Shown: positions 1 through 13,900 of the stretch, one piece after another
Numbering within the stretch: the first letter of the stretch is position 1
How the letters are laid out: each line of letters begins with the position of its first letter
DNA from: Chrysomallon squamiferum
Lineage: Eukaryota > Animalia > Mollusca
Length of the DNA stretch: 64,000 nt
Direction: 5' to 3'
Assembly (NCBI GenBank): GCA_012295275.1
Contig: CM022669.1
Span: 6,758,001-6,822,000, forward strand
The notes under the pieces: model-generated
Seen by the model: the letters and a program-made list of their open reading frames with translations, nothing else
What the model was told of the DNA's origin: nothing
Database searches by the model: none
Made by a program: the position numbers and the translations under genes

Positions 1-425
1 CAGCTGTGATTATATTAGCTGTTAGCAGCTCTGTTGTAATTTATTTAAGTTAATTAGTAAACAGCATCTTGGAAAAAGTGCCATCTGCAAAGGAACGGTC
101 ATTATTTTGATATATATTTATACAACACAAAAATAATTTAACACACTGAAAAAGTATGAGTAAACAATAAGCTTTTGTTCTTGCAAGCTAAGCAAAAAAT
201 AACTAGAAAAATATTTAGGACTACAAAATCCAAAGTTTAATAACGAAAAAATAAGAAATAGAATATATGTATATAGATAGAAATTATAAAAAATATTCAA
301 CGAATTATCATGCAAGTTTTACGTTTAAATGTTACAAAATGATGTTAACATTTAATCGGAAAAGATTATGTGTGTGTGAATGACATGTATGATAGTAATG
401 GTTAGGAGCAGATAGAGAAACTTAC

Positions 426-3400
426 TGTTTGTATCAAATTCTCAGCCAGCTGTTTTGCCTGCTGCAGTCCAAGTAAAGTAGGATGTCTGAAAGTTTGAAT
501 TAATAATTTAATGTTTATCATAAACTTACAATATTAAATATTATTATTATTATTATTATTATTTTGAAAGTTTTATCAAGTTAGGAAACTGAAAAGTAGT
601 TGACATTTTGCATTTGACAATGAAATAACTATAAAATATATCGTAAATATTTAACTGAAAAAAACCCATTGTACAAAGATTTTCACCAGGCAGAAAATAA
701 AGTCACATTAAAAAATTATTATAAAAGTGATTTATGTAAAACTCACTGAATGTGAACATGCATGGGTTCAAAAGCCTCTCTGCCTGATGTTGGTTCCAGA
801 AAACCTGATCCTTTTCCTCTCAGAGTCACTTTGGCTCCTGTCTCATTGGCAATGTGTTGTAAAAAACTACCCTGTAAAAATATTTATAATCAAATAAAAT
901 ACATATTTACATCACAAAATATCCATAAATTATTACTGTTACCTGCAAATATATTTGTAAAAGAAATAATTTTTAAAGCTTAACCAATCAAAATTATTAT
1001 TACCACATTGGTTGAAATGTGTAGGTTGAAATGTGGAAGTACAAATGTGAAACCAGAGCACCAGACAAGAAAGGGAGACAAGTGCAGACTGCAGTCATCA
1101 CAAATTATTTTTTTCTTGGTACTAATTCAACATTGATCTTTTATGATGGTTGATGTCTATCAGATACATTAATTTAATTCAAAAGAAATGAAAAAAAAAA
1201 ATCAGAATTTGTATGTTTCTGTCTTCAGATTATGAATATTATGAAAAGAAAAATTTGGCATACCCCTGGACCAAACACCTTCTGTTTGACATCAAAGTTT
1301 GGTGGTGCATGTTCCAAACCAATATACAGTTTCTCTTGTACAAATGCAAGCTATAATAATAAAACATTAAATTAATTTTATTTTATTTCATTTTATTCAG
1401 TATTTTAATACCTAGAAATGTCTTGAATTAAGTATTATATTTGTTCAGTCTTACATTATTTTAAAAATGGAGAAGAAAATTTCAGTCAGATCTTCAATGA
1501 ATAAGCACACTGCTAGATACTTGACTGACAAGTCATTCATGAAGTAATAGTAACTGATCAGCTGTGAGATATAATGTTTTAGTATTGCTATTAACATAAG
1601 TAAACAAATCTGAAAAGGAAGGGTACAATCTGAATTAAAAGATAAAAATCTTAACAACAACTTACCCTAGGTGACTGCTGACACATTGGGGGTGGTGGTT
1701 GACTGGTGTTGATGGGTGGTCCAAGGCGGGGTCCAGGACCTGCCGGTCTCACTGCCGGTGAAAACCGTGTACTGCGAGTTTTCATTCCTTGCTGAATGAT
1801 CTCATTGATTCTGTTCACTGCACCTGAACAGTAATAAAATACAGGGATAAAATACCATAAATAAATATTTATTCTCTTTGTACTCACCGTTGCTTACAAG
1901 ATTCATTAAGTTATTTTTAATTTTAGGTGAGAAAAATTTTAAAAATTTCAGTGAAAGATACTTTGAGATTAATAAAAGTAAATAAACATGAGATTTTCTA
2001 ATGTAGTATATAAATGAAATCTCACTTTCATATAAACAGCAAAAAAGCATATAAAAGACTCTGAGACTACAGTTGTGAGGTACGAGCTAGTTTGGGAATT
2101 AGTAGATTCTGTTACCACCATTTCATACACAGACAGAGCACACTGCAGGGCATCACAAACACAATAAACTTACATTCAACAGATTGGTGATTTGGTCCTT
2201 GAACACAAAGGTAGAGAGCTCTTTCTCTGAAAAATATAACATGACAACTTGAAAAGATTAAAGTGTTACACAGTGTGAGCAATTACACTGAAGAATGTTA
2301 TATTTTTTTTTTTTTTTTTTTGATTTAAAATATTTTTCTTCTTTTGATTTTTTTTGAAATAACAAAAGAATATTATGCACCAATTCTTGATGAGTCTGGA
2401 TAAAACTAACAGAAGCATTTCATTGTCATATTGGCAATCAATAAATAAAATTTTGACTTCTTTTCCTTATACTGTATAAATTGTCTTACAAATAAATTTG
2501 GTGCAAGCAACACATCACTTACCCTGGATTTTTCATTCTTTCTTGAGGAGGTAGATATCGTCCTCTGGTTGAAACAGCTGCACCACTCATCTTAGATATC
2601 TGAATTTATCAATATTATAGACATTTTATATATCCCTTTACAATAAATTCATAGTATAATTTAAACCTATATGATATAAATAACGAGTCCTTGAAACATT
2701 AACTTGTTTGATGACAAATATGGTTATTTAAATGCCACAAAGAACCTTCTCACAGACTTGCTAAACCAAACTTCCACTTCTGTTAATGCTATAAGTATAA
2801 CCTCAGTAAAATGACCACCCTGAAAATCAAAATTATTTCTTGACTTTGACACTGTTCTGTTTTGAAATGTTTTACTGTAAGTCTGTATAATGTAACTGTT
2901 TATATTGTATATAATTTTATAATATTCAAAGCCACAATATATCTGTTTATCTGAAATAAGTTTTTCATTCAACATACATCTTCTTGTGTGGAACCTCGTG
3001 TAAGTGTGTTGCGACAACTAATTGGTACATCATTAATTTCCACTTCAGCTACAATCAAATTGTTTGGTGCAGCACTCTGAAAGTTAATAAACAAACAAAT
3101 TATTTTTGGAATGCAATAAAAACAAGAAACTCTTAATATTTATGCAGTTAAGAGTATTTTCTTTAAATTATCAAACTGCTTAAATTGAACATATTAATAA
3201 GATCTTTACAACAATTACATAAATAAAAATGTTCAGTGATAGATTTAGTGAAAATCTCAGTTAAACCAAATCAACTTTTCTATTTGTTTCTGGCATAATG
3301 ATAATCAAAAAGTTTATTTTATTTTTCCTCAGATGTATTATATATATATTCAGAGAAGTACTACATTACCAAGGCAGAAAAAAAAAAAAAAATATATATA

Positions 3401-4212
3401 TATAAAAAAGTTATAATAATCAAAACAAAAGATGCAAAATTACCTTTGATCTGTTGTTTTGGGCAGGCATGACTTGTGAAGGTTTCAGTTTTCCTTTGGC
3501 TATCAACATAGCATTAACTTTGGCTGCGGCTTCTGCTGCTGCCTCTAGGCTGCTTTTTGACATAGGCCCGTTTCTCTCTAACATCGTAAATCGTCTCCTA
3601 GATTAATTTAAAATGATTGAAGTGTTCAGAACAATTTGTTTGTTCTTTGTGATTCTAATTTTTATATTCACTATGACATATTAAAACATGGTACAATAGA
3701 AAATTCTGTGGAAAATCAGTTTATAAAACTATCTGGATCCAATCTGCATTGTATAATATTTTGTTCTTTTTCTTTTGCACAACCACGTTGTTAAAACCAT
3801 GAATATTCATTATGGAATATGATATATCGGCGATATATTTATATAGAAGTATAGATTTAATTTATATTCATGTGCTTAATATAAAGTGTAGTTATAAGTT
3901 AAGAAAATAATGTGGGGTTATTTCATCTGAAATGTGTAACAGAACCACAACGTATTTTAATTATGCCATGTTAAGGGACATAATCCAATCATTAAAATGG
4001 TGACGAGGTGAGCTCAGTAACTGTGGGGTCCAAAATGATAATTGTTTTTTACGTTTGCAGATTCCTTGCCATATTTATTTCAGTAGTGACTTAATATAAA
4101 CACAAACATCATGTACCATTTAATAACAAGCAATTACAATCCAACTTACAATAGTCTAATAAATGACGAATTACGTTTTCAAACAAAACGACCTACACAA
4201 CACGTACGCCAT
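426..4212 (-). CDS. KHDC4: KH domain-containing 4 pre-mRNA splicing factor (KIAA0907/BLOM7), 3' part runs off the window
   Basis: Hand-spliced exons, all GT-AG and phase-consistent: 4212-4175 (tentative first exon, [13 protein letters not shown]; otherwise start at ATG 3584), 3597-3444, 3076-2978, 2599-2523, 2226-2174, 1823-1666, 1350-1264, 871-747, 486-426. Translation has [74 protein letters not shown] and [44 protein letters not shown], which match the two KH domains of KHDC4 as I recall the family. Confidence 0.93.
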
Positions 4213-4843
4213 TTTGGGCAATTTGTCGTGCTTATTCGTATATTGTCGGATGTAATCGGAAAACAAGGAACGTTTATTGTTATTATTATTTTTCTTTTCT
4301 CTTTTTCAAGGGAGATTAATTTTCTGGACATAATTATTAACTTCGTAATAGCTAAATCAGCATAATTCATACATTAACTAACAACGCAAAAAAATCTGTA
4401 ATTAGATGATCAAAATTGAACTCCTGGTTTATAATAACGGAATGTAACGAAAGATTACGAAGTGAGGTGTATTTCCATCTGACCGAGTTGCACAGGTGAA
4501 TTTTTTAATAGCATGTTTTACACGATGTTTGGACATTAAGCATTTAAATCAGAAATAGAAGAAAAAAGTAAACTTAATAAAAATAAAACATGCATAATAA
4601 CAACAATTACAAAACGTCACATATATTTACCTCTTTCCATCTAAATTCTAACGATAATTTACTCATCTATTGATCTAGATTCTAAAAAAATTGGATATAA
4701 TATATATAGTATAGACTATACTAGTCTATAGTATATTAATAACTACTAATGGTACTATGCTTGGTGCACGTGTCGTTACCATACGTGGGTTGCACTGAGC
4801 TTCACTTCTCTCTTCCCCCCTGTTGTAAATTTAATTAATTTAT
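4213..4843. promoter_or_regulatory. Bidirectional CpG-containing promoter shared by KHDC4 (-) and KNOP1-like (+)
   Basis: Head-to-head genes with start codons 4212 and 4973. Local CpG enrichment against depleted flanks; YY1-like CGCCATTTT at 4207-4215; E-box CACGTG at 4767-4772; pyrimidine tract at 4800-4821; plus-strand donor GTAAGT at 4844 with acceptor TAG at 4951-4953 (5' UTR intron). Confidence 0.6.
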
Positions 4844-4972
4844 GTAAGTCGGTCTATTTTTTATTGTATTTTAATCATATTACTCATTTATTGTTAGTTA
4901 TTATTGCTATTATTATTATTATTATTATTTTTTTTTTCATCAATTCATTATAGCTCAAAGGAAGTTATAAAA

Positions 4973-6713
4973 ATGGAAAACACCCTATCATATGATGAAT
5001 ATAAAAAATCAAAACATGAGAAAAGAAAAAGAAAACATACATTAGAACTTTCTGAAAGCAAAAATGCAGACAGAAATAAAACAACACAGCCTGAGCATTT
5101 AGATGATTCAAATGAATATGTTTTGAAAATAAAAAAGAAAGCCAAACATCAGTCAGAGAGTACTGAAACAGCAGAAATATTAAACACAATGGAGGATGAA
5201 TATCAGTGCAGAAAGAAGAGTAAAAAATGTAAAAAGACACATTTTAAGGAGGAAGATAAAAATGGGACTGGTATTTTAGAAAAGAATGGTGCAGTCAGTG
5301 ATGAAGAAAGTCTTCAGCAAATGAAAGAAAATCTTAGTGCATCAAATGTTAAAAGAAAGAAGCACAAAATAAAGAAACAATTTTCTGAGACCATCCAAGA
5401 TGAAATAGTAGAATATGATGCAGCAAGTGTAGAAATAAATAAAAATAATGAAAACAGTGAAAATAATGTTGAGAAAAAAAAAAGTAAAAAGGACCAGAAA
5501 AATCATGAAATTGTCCAAGATGGATATCCACAATCTATAGAACCACATAGTAAGAAAAAGAAAAAGAAAAAGAAAAAACATTTTGAGAATGGACACAACC
5601 AGTGTAACGAATTTGAACAGTTAGAAAATCTAAACAATGGAACAGTTAAAAATTCAAAAGTAAGAAAACAAAAGAAAAAAGATGGAGACTTAGAAATGGA
5701 GACAAAAACAAAACAGATTCAATCAGAATTTAAAAGTAACAACAATGCAGAAAATGGTGATGTTGCAGGGGATGTTGAAAATGTACTAAATATCAATAAT
5801 CAAGATGAAATTGTGGAAAATAGAAAAGATGGTGACCAGAAAACTAAGGCTAAGAAAAAGAAAAAATCTCATCATAAAGACAAGATGAAGAATGACATAA
5901 AAAAATCTGATGTTGAGATTACATCTGTTGCCATGGACGCTGAACAAGAAATGAAAACTGATGGGGTCTGTGAGAAAAAAAAGAAGAAACATAAGGAATC
6001 CAAAAAGAGTTTAGAAGAAGACATAACATCAGAAGAGAAACATGAGTGTCTAAAAACACACGAAGAAATTATAGAAGACCACAAAAAATCCAAAAAAATA
6101 AAAGAAAACATTTAATTGCAGAAAATGAAGGAGAGATGTCAGATGTTTCAGAAAAGAAAAAGAAAGAAACTACTGAAGAATCATTCAGTAAGTCAAAGAA
6201 ACAAAAGAAGAAGAAGAAGAAAAAAGATTATACAAGAGAAAACCATGATGAGTCAATCAGTATTTCAGAAAACCAAAAGCAAAATGCACCATCTCTCTTA
6301 TCCAGTAACAAAAATGATAATTCTATATTTAATGGCAATAGGAAATCAAATTCAGAAAATTCTGTAGACTCTGTTTGTTTAGGGCAGTGGGAAACTACAT
6401 CACTAGGAAATAAAGACAGACAGCAAAAGTTTTTACGATTGCTTGGAGGCTTCAAAAAGGGAGGTGATTCAAAAACAAAAGTATATTTAGCAGTCTTGGA
6501 GCAAAACCAAAGGGAGGTAATTTGGTTCTCAATAAGAAACAGGAGGAGGATCTTAGTAAAAATCTGATGTCTAGTTTCCAGAAAGCTTTGGATTATAAGT
6601 TGTTTAAAAATAAAGGTGTTGGTTTAGGGTTCTCACCACCTGCTGGTGATGGTAAAAAGTTCCACATAGACACGAATGTGACAAAGTCCAAAAGGTTTGA
6701 TGATTCTGATTGA
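4973..6713 (+). CDS. KNOP1: Lysine-rich nucleolar protein 1-like (C-terminal SMAP domain), ~580 aa after correcting two 1-nt deletions
   Basis: Three overlapping ORFs (4904-6115, 6046-6567, 6522-6713) join into one K/E-rich protein if one A is added at ~6092-6098 and one at ~6477-6480. The C-terminus GQWETTSLGNKDRQQKFLRLLGGFKK...LNKKQEEDLSKNLMSSFQKALDYK...GVGLGFSPP..GKKFHIDTNVTKSKRFDD matches the SMAP/KNOP1 signature. Confidence 0.82.
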
Positions 6714-7648
6714 AATGTATCTATTGTAATACAATGAAATTGTTCTTTTCAGTATAAAAAAGAAAAAAGAAAGAAAGAAAGAAAAAGATAATAATAAAAT
6801 ATATAAAAACATTAAATCATTATGTATGTAAAATTATTAAATTGTTTTTGAAGAAAATTATTTTTTTTCATGAGTTAATAGTTTAAATAAATATTTATCT
6901 TTTATAAAACAATTAAATTAATTATGTATGTAAAATTATTTTAAATCTTGTTTTTGTTTTTTTTTGTTTTGTGTGTATCTGTGTGGTTTCTGCTGGTTTT
7001 TTTAAATAATCTGGTTGTTTGAAATCTGATATTCATTTCAACTGAGATTATTTCTAATTGATTTAAAAATAATGAAATGATCTTTATTTTAATTGTATAA
7101 AACTAATATTTTATGTATACCCAAGTATCTTAATAAGTAAAAAACATTTAATGTAGTGGTTATGAAATTCCATGTTTAAGAAAGACAAATAGTCCAATAG
7201 GTCTTCTGTGAGGACAGATTGAGAAAGATTCAATGAAAGGTTAAACACTACTGCACAGTACAAATGAGATGTTGTGAATAAAATTAAAGCAAACACACTT
7301 TTGGTATAAAAACAGTTTCATTAACAAAACAACAACACATTAAACAGTATGGCAAGATCCTTAGAACATATTTTCCAATATTTTTAAAGATTGTTTTTCA
7401 ATACTTGGCCTTAAATTATCCTTCATTATAAAGGCTTTATTAGCACTGGATGTCAACACAATTCTCAGTCTTTAAAAACCAATTATTAGCTGTTCTGCTG
7501 CTGCTATTAATTTTGACAGCAAATAACAATGCTACACATTCATATTTCATGATTGATTGCACAGTATAATGCTGAAAAAGAATCCATCACAATTCTTGGA
7601 ATGTCTTTTAAAAATATTATTTTATGTATAAAATCAGTGATATACGAT

Positions 7649-8372
7649 TTATGTTTTCTCTAAGACAGATTCTATTAAAGAATTTCCTGTCACTATGGCT
7701 GTGGTGGCAATTATGATCTTCCAGCCAGCTGAAAAAAAGAAAGAAAAAATGTTTTCTAGTACAATAATGTTATTTAGAGTTATCTTTCTTTCAAATGTTA
7801 ACTAACACCCACATACGTTATTACTATAAATTTGAAAGTATTAAATAAGTTTTCAACCCATGAAAAAAATGTTGGAATGAAATAATATTATAAAAAAATG
7901 TAAACTAGTAGTTTTAAGATATAAAACTGATATGTGAAGTTTTACTACCAGTAATATAAGCCACAAACCCACAAAAAAAAGAAAAGAAGAGTGAACATTT
8001 TTTAAAAACAAAAACCCACTTAGGTTACAAAACTTTATTTATTTCCCATTACTGCATTATGAACTATCTTTTATGGGATGGGGTAGATAAATCAGAATAC
8101 TTTTTAAACTGATGGAGTGGAAGAAAACAAAACTGGAGGCTTACCTTCAGACTGGGCTAAATAGCGTAATGCTGCAATCTCTGAAAATGTACAACCTCCC
8201 AGGAAATACACAACCACCACCCTCAGAGCAGGGGCCATTATTGTTTGAGAGCCTAATTTTCCTGGAATAAAAAAAAAAAATTAATAATAATAATTGCATT
8301 AAAACTAATGTATATACCTAAAAATGCAAAAATAAATGAGTAAAAAAAAAAAAAATATATAAAAATAAAATA

Positions 8373-8403
<31 letters not shown>

Positions 8404-10376
8404 TAAATAAATAGAATAAAAAATTTAAAAAAATGAAATAATTAATCCTACTCTAAAGTTTGAGGTCCTTTATATATATATATAATTTTACAGATACACA
8501 CATATGACTAAAGCTAAAAATAACATGAAATGGAAAGGTAACTGTGTACACAATTTTTTTTTTTTTTTTTTTTTTTAACCTCTTGAAGATGGTGGTCTTT
8601 TCATTTCCACACTTGCAAATGTTCCTCCAGGTATGTTTTTTGTTACATCTTCTAAACCCAGAAACCCCTCTCTCATCAAAACCTAAAACAAAAAAAATTA
8701 TTTCTCCTGTGAAACAAGCAGTAACACATTTATATGAAAATATCTCATGGCAGACATTTTAATTTTATTATTTAAAAAAAATCTTTCGTGATGTTGACAA
8801 ACTGATTTTGTATACTTTCTAATAAATGTTTTAAATTTACAGAAATTAATCTTTACTACTAATAAAGTTTATTATTAAAATAATTATTCTTGGCATTCAT
8901 AAGCACATCATATTTGAATATTTCCTGTAAAGTTAGTAGTGTGTATAATAGATTATGAAGACTTATGTAATCTATGAGAAGGTGCACAGAAAATGAATAA
9001 TTTGCTGATGATATCAATTATTTACACCTATCTTGCTTTTGTATAAGATAAAATATTATCTGTGTAAATTAACCTACTTTGACATGTTTCAATGGCAAAA
9101 ACTGTGTAAAAATGACTGTGTATTCATTCTAGGACAATATGTAACCCATCACACTAAATCAGATGTTAATTCACACAGCCAAATATTGAAATTTAGACAT
9201 AAATTTAAAATAAAGCTTATGGTTTCAGGAATCTGATAATATTCAAAACTACAGTCAGCCAATGTGACTTAAGATCTGGTTTGATGTGTTGTACATTTGA
9301 TAAAGATAAATAAAGTACCTGTTCAACTAGTTTACAAGACATGGGTGTGTATGCTCCACTAAATACATAGGACATGTCATTGGGATTCTTCAGGTTTATC
9401 TCATCTGCTGATTTAGGTATCTGAAGAAATAATGTAATTTTATTTCTGCTTGTAATTTTTGTATCTGAGAGGTTCTTTTTTGTGGATGTTCAGTTTTTAT
9501 TTTTGAAAAATAGAACACTTCTTGGCTTACAGTAATTTTCTTTATTCATTAGTTCATTATTATTATATATGTATTTTATTTTATTATTATTATTATTTTT
9601 ATTTATTTTTTTTTTTTTAAACAATGGATCATATTTTCTGTTTTTAGAGAAATAATATATTACAGTTTTTCTTTATAATAAAACAATATTATTACTTCAG
9701 AAACACAACATTTATATTTTACAATTATATAATATTTAAAAAAAAATAAAAAATAACAATTCACTTTTAAAAGCATACTAACAGGAATTCTAACAGGAAA
9801 ATACTCACAAGATTTAGTTTCTTGGCAATAGACATGAAATAACTTCTTCTAGTGATGGCTGCCAGGCCCTTTGCAAGAGGTTTACCAGGGGCCATAACTT
9901 CCTGCTCCACCAGCATTCCCAGTTTTTTCAAATTAAAGAAACTCAACAAATGCTCAAACCCATAACTCTATATAAAAAATATAAAGAAACACATTGTTTA
10001 TTTTCAATTTCCTTTAAATTTTTATTGTTTTAAATAAATGTTTTAATAATTCTTTTATTTATTTATTTATTTATTTATTTATTATTTCTCTGTGTAATAT
10101 AAACATCTATGTGTGTCAAAACAGAGAAGCATAAAACTTGAGATAGACACACATAAAAAGAAAACAAATTAGACAGACTGTAATAATTTCAGTTTCTGTT
10201 TGTTTCTGACTGATTTCCACTGTATTAATCCAGTGAAAATAATAATAAAAATCTCAGAAAAGAACACATAATAATAATAATAATAATAATAATAATATTA
10301 ATTTTATATTAATAAATAAATAAATAAATACATATATAAAAGAGACAGACAGACAAATAAAATAAAATAAAATAAA

Positions 10377-10413
<37 letters not shown>

Positions 10414-10427
10414 AAATAAAATAAAAA

Positions 10428-10458
<31 letters not shown>

Positions 10459-10953
10459 CAAAACAAAACAAAACAAAACATTAAAAGTGTTTTACCTGTA
10501 AAAACTGAGTTTTTAGTGATCTGTAACTGGAGGAAGACAAACCATCTTGTGTGAGAGAGGCCAGACACATGAGCTTCAACAGTGGCACCATTGGAGCCTA
10601 CAGTATGAATCAACACATACGATAAAAACATGGATTATGTGTGTACTACAACTTTTAAGAATTATTAAATATAGGACATATAGAGCACTAAAAATAATTA
10701 TATTTCAGTTTACCTACCTGTTTATGGATACATTCTTCAATGTAAGTTAGATTATCCTTGAGGTCAGTGCCTTCCAACAAAGCTGAGAAAATAAAAACAT
10801 ACTGATAGACAAACAAACATTTTTAATGTCTAAACTGCAATACAAAACACACTCAGATACTATGTATAAACAAAGAGAGACAAGCTGTTTTAACACTGAA
10901 CTGCTGGCAGAAGTATAAATAATTACAGACTCATAAACTGATGGTCGGCTTAT

Positions 10954-10984
<31 letters not shown>

Positions 10985-13900
10985 AGAGAAGAAATCCCCA
11001 CTTATCACTGCTCTTCAGCTAACCATATTCTGTGCTTCACTTCAGTTGGTGAATGGTTCAGACAAGGATGAATAAAGTTGAAGGAGAATTATTAAAAACA
11101 TTTGTTAAAAAATGAATGAAATTTTGAGATAAAGACTTGAGGTGAAGAAGAAGAAGCACTGTTATAGTCCTTTCAAAATAACACCTGTTAATACTTACAG
11201 TGTTCTACTTTAATCTGTTCTTCAAAATCCTGTTTAGCTTTTCTCTTCATGATAACTTCACAAGCTCCAATATCTGTGATTGAAAATAAAGTAGTAAGTA
11301 AACATTTTCATTGATATAACAGTTTAAAAATATGATCAATTGATTACAGATTTTTTTTTCTTATCATTTTCTAATATATATTTATGTTTGTTGTTGCTCG
11401 GGCCTTTAGTTTGTGTATTTATTTTTTGTCAGAAGTAGAAATACAAAAAATATTTTTATGCATATCATTACTGGTTTAAGGATCCTAATTCATTTAAAAT
11501 AAATAAATAAATAAATTATATGTAAATTAATGTAAGTACTGCATTGATTTTTACATTTATTTACATCTCATATTTTTTACTTACGATAAGACAGAGCTTT
11601 GTGTTGTTGTTTTAATGCTCGCAGTTCATTTGAAACAAAATCCTTCATATCTCCCACTGTTTTCAAGCTGTTCTTTTTCTGATAATTGACCAAAAAGCTG
11701 TATCATACATATATAATATAAAATGAACAAATGGATACAAGACAATTTATCCAGAAACTTGGGACCAGAGTTCACCCTGATCTGGATCTTTCCGTTTTTT
11801 TATTCAAGGTTTATTATGTATTTTAAAATATAACATAAACAATGAAAAACAAAGACTGAAACTGTACTTAACAGATACATATTAACACATCATACAATAA
11901 GCTAAATAAATGGTCTGGTATCAGTCCATCAAATATACACTTATTTTGTATTTAACATCAAACTTTAATTTTAAAAAATACCAGATTTTTTTTTTACTGA
12001 ATTGTTTGATACATGCAGCCATTTTAACATGTTCAGTTTTTTTCAGATTACAGTTTCTTTCAGAAAATAAAAATAAATACTCACATCGTATCCCACTTGT
12101 AATTCTTTGGCCTTGTTGCTTAGATACCCAAACACGTTTGAAAAATGTCTGTTTCTGATTTGTTCATATATCTTTTGAGAAAAAAAAAAATGATTAATGT
12201 GACATAATAATGGTAATCAAATAGTTTTATCCTTTTATAATTGCAACACACTTTTCTGTATGAAACAAAAATAAACATAAACACAGGCACATACAGAGAA
12301 ACACAATTATTTACAAATATATACGTGACTCCAAAATTTCACCAAAATATAAAATAAGTTAATAGGTTAGTTGCATTGCTAAAATTTTCTATGACTGTAA
12401 CTTCTTTAAGTACTTTAGAAACCTTGAAACTGAGATGTGAATGATCATGATATGTGATGGCTTCATTGTGGATATGTTCACATAAAGGATCTCCTGCCAT
12501 TATAAAAATAATAAATGTAGATTAAAATCTTCTTTTATTTTTTATTTTTTATTTTTTAATAATTATTATTATTTCTTTATGTCATTTTTTTTTTTCCCTT
12601 TTATTATTTTTTTTTATTTATTTATATCTTTTTTTTTTGGAAGACAAATTTCAGAATTACTATATTTTAAAAAATATGAAAAAGAGAAGAAAGACTTACT
12701 TCATCTTGACTTGTTAGAAGTTTCTTTACAGTTTGGTCCTTCCCAGCAACTTCTGCCCCAAACTCAATAAAACCTGAAGTCAGTGACATCCAATGTTTAC
12801 ACTATATCTGCAGCAGTATATTTTCTATCTCTTCTCTCTCTCTCACTCAAAAACACCAGTTAATATCTTCTTTATAATTATTCATTTCCGAATTTATCAA
12901 AGTTGTTTCATAATTTTATACAATGTCAAATTTTACATTCAAGTGGCAAATTCTGTAGTTGTACTGGTAAATTCTTACAGCAGGATCAGAGAAAATGGTT
13001 ATCAAATTAAGTACAGATAGTCTTATTAAAATGTTAGTTTTTAATTTCAAACTTACTGCAGTTAATACCAAATGTTTCATCTAATAATGCTTCATAGGTG
13101 ACAGGTGAGCACAGTGGAGTTACAAGATCCACATCTAAAAAAATAATAAGTAGTTTGTAACAGGTGAGAACATTTAGTTACTGTGCTAAAATTTCAAGTG
13201 ATTATTCATGACTTTTGTTAATGTCTGAAACTTAAACATCACTTTTGTATTAATGTCTCTTATTTAATAATACATTTTTTAAATTATTTTATTTCTGCAT
13301 GCCATCATGCATATATTTACAAAAATATATATAAACGTCACATATATACAAAATTAAACTTTCATAATCAAATAAAATAATGACAAATTCATATATACAC
13401 ACCAAAACAAAAACATACCTAATGAACACTCATATACATATGCATACTGGTAAATGTACAAATTCAATATTATAACTTTTGAAGTTATGTGATCAGTATA
13501 AAAGCATGATAATAATAATCTAAAATAAGCATCTGTAATCCTATAATTTACCTCGATCTATAATAATCAAATTTCCAATCTGACCAGTTTTTCTGTCTTC
13601 TCCAGTTAAACCCTGTATCTTCCTCATCAACTGGTAAACCATCTGAAATATTAATAAATATGTGCCCATATGATATGATTATTCTCAAATTGTACTCAAT
13701 CAGCTAGAAACCAAATGAGTTACAAAATCTGGTTGATTGATTGCAGTACTTGTTCCAAATAATTTGTAACAGTCATATTTATTAATTATATGATCAGATT
13801 TATCTGGTGTAAAAACAATATATACTGGGTTTTTACTTTGTTGATTTAGTTCAAAATTAGTTTTTTTCTTCTCTTTCTTTATTCATGTTTTATGTTATCA

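Noticed and set aside
4631-4666. Minus-strand mini-ORF (MSKLSLEFRWKE) with donor GTAAAT as a KHDC4 first exon
   Set aside because: It joins exon 3597 out of frame, whereas the 4212-4175 exon joins in frame.
6481-6493. GT..AG micro-intron (gtatatttag) as a fix for the second KNOP1 frameshift
   Set aside because: 10 or 13 nt is too short to splice and gives the wrong frame with an early stop.
12339-12500. Intronic minus-strand ORF ([13 protein letters not shown]...) faintly like the next VPS33B exon
   Set aside because: Similarity covers only a few residues and there are no suitable splice sites; probably chance.
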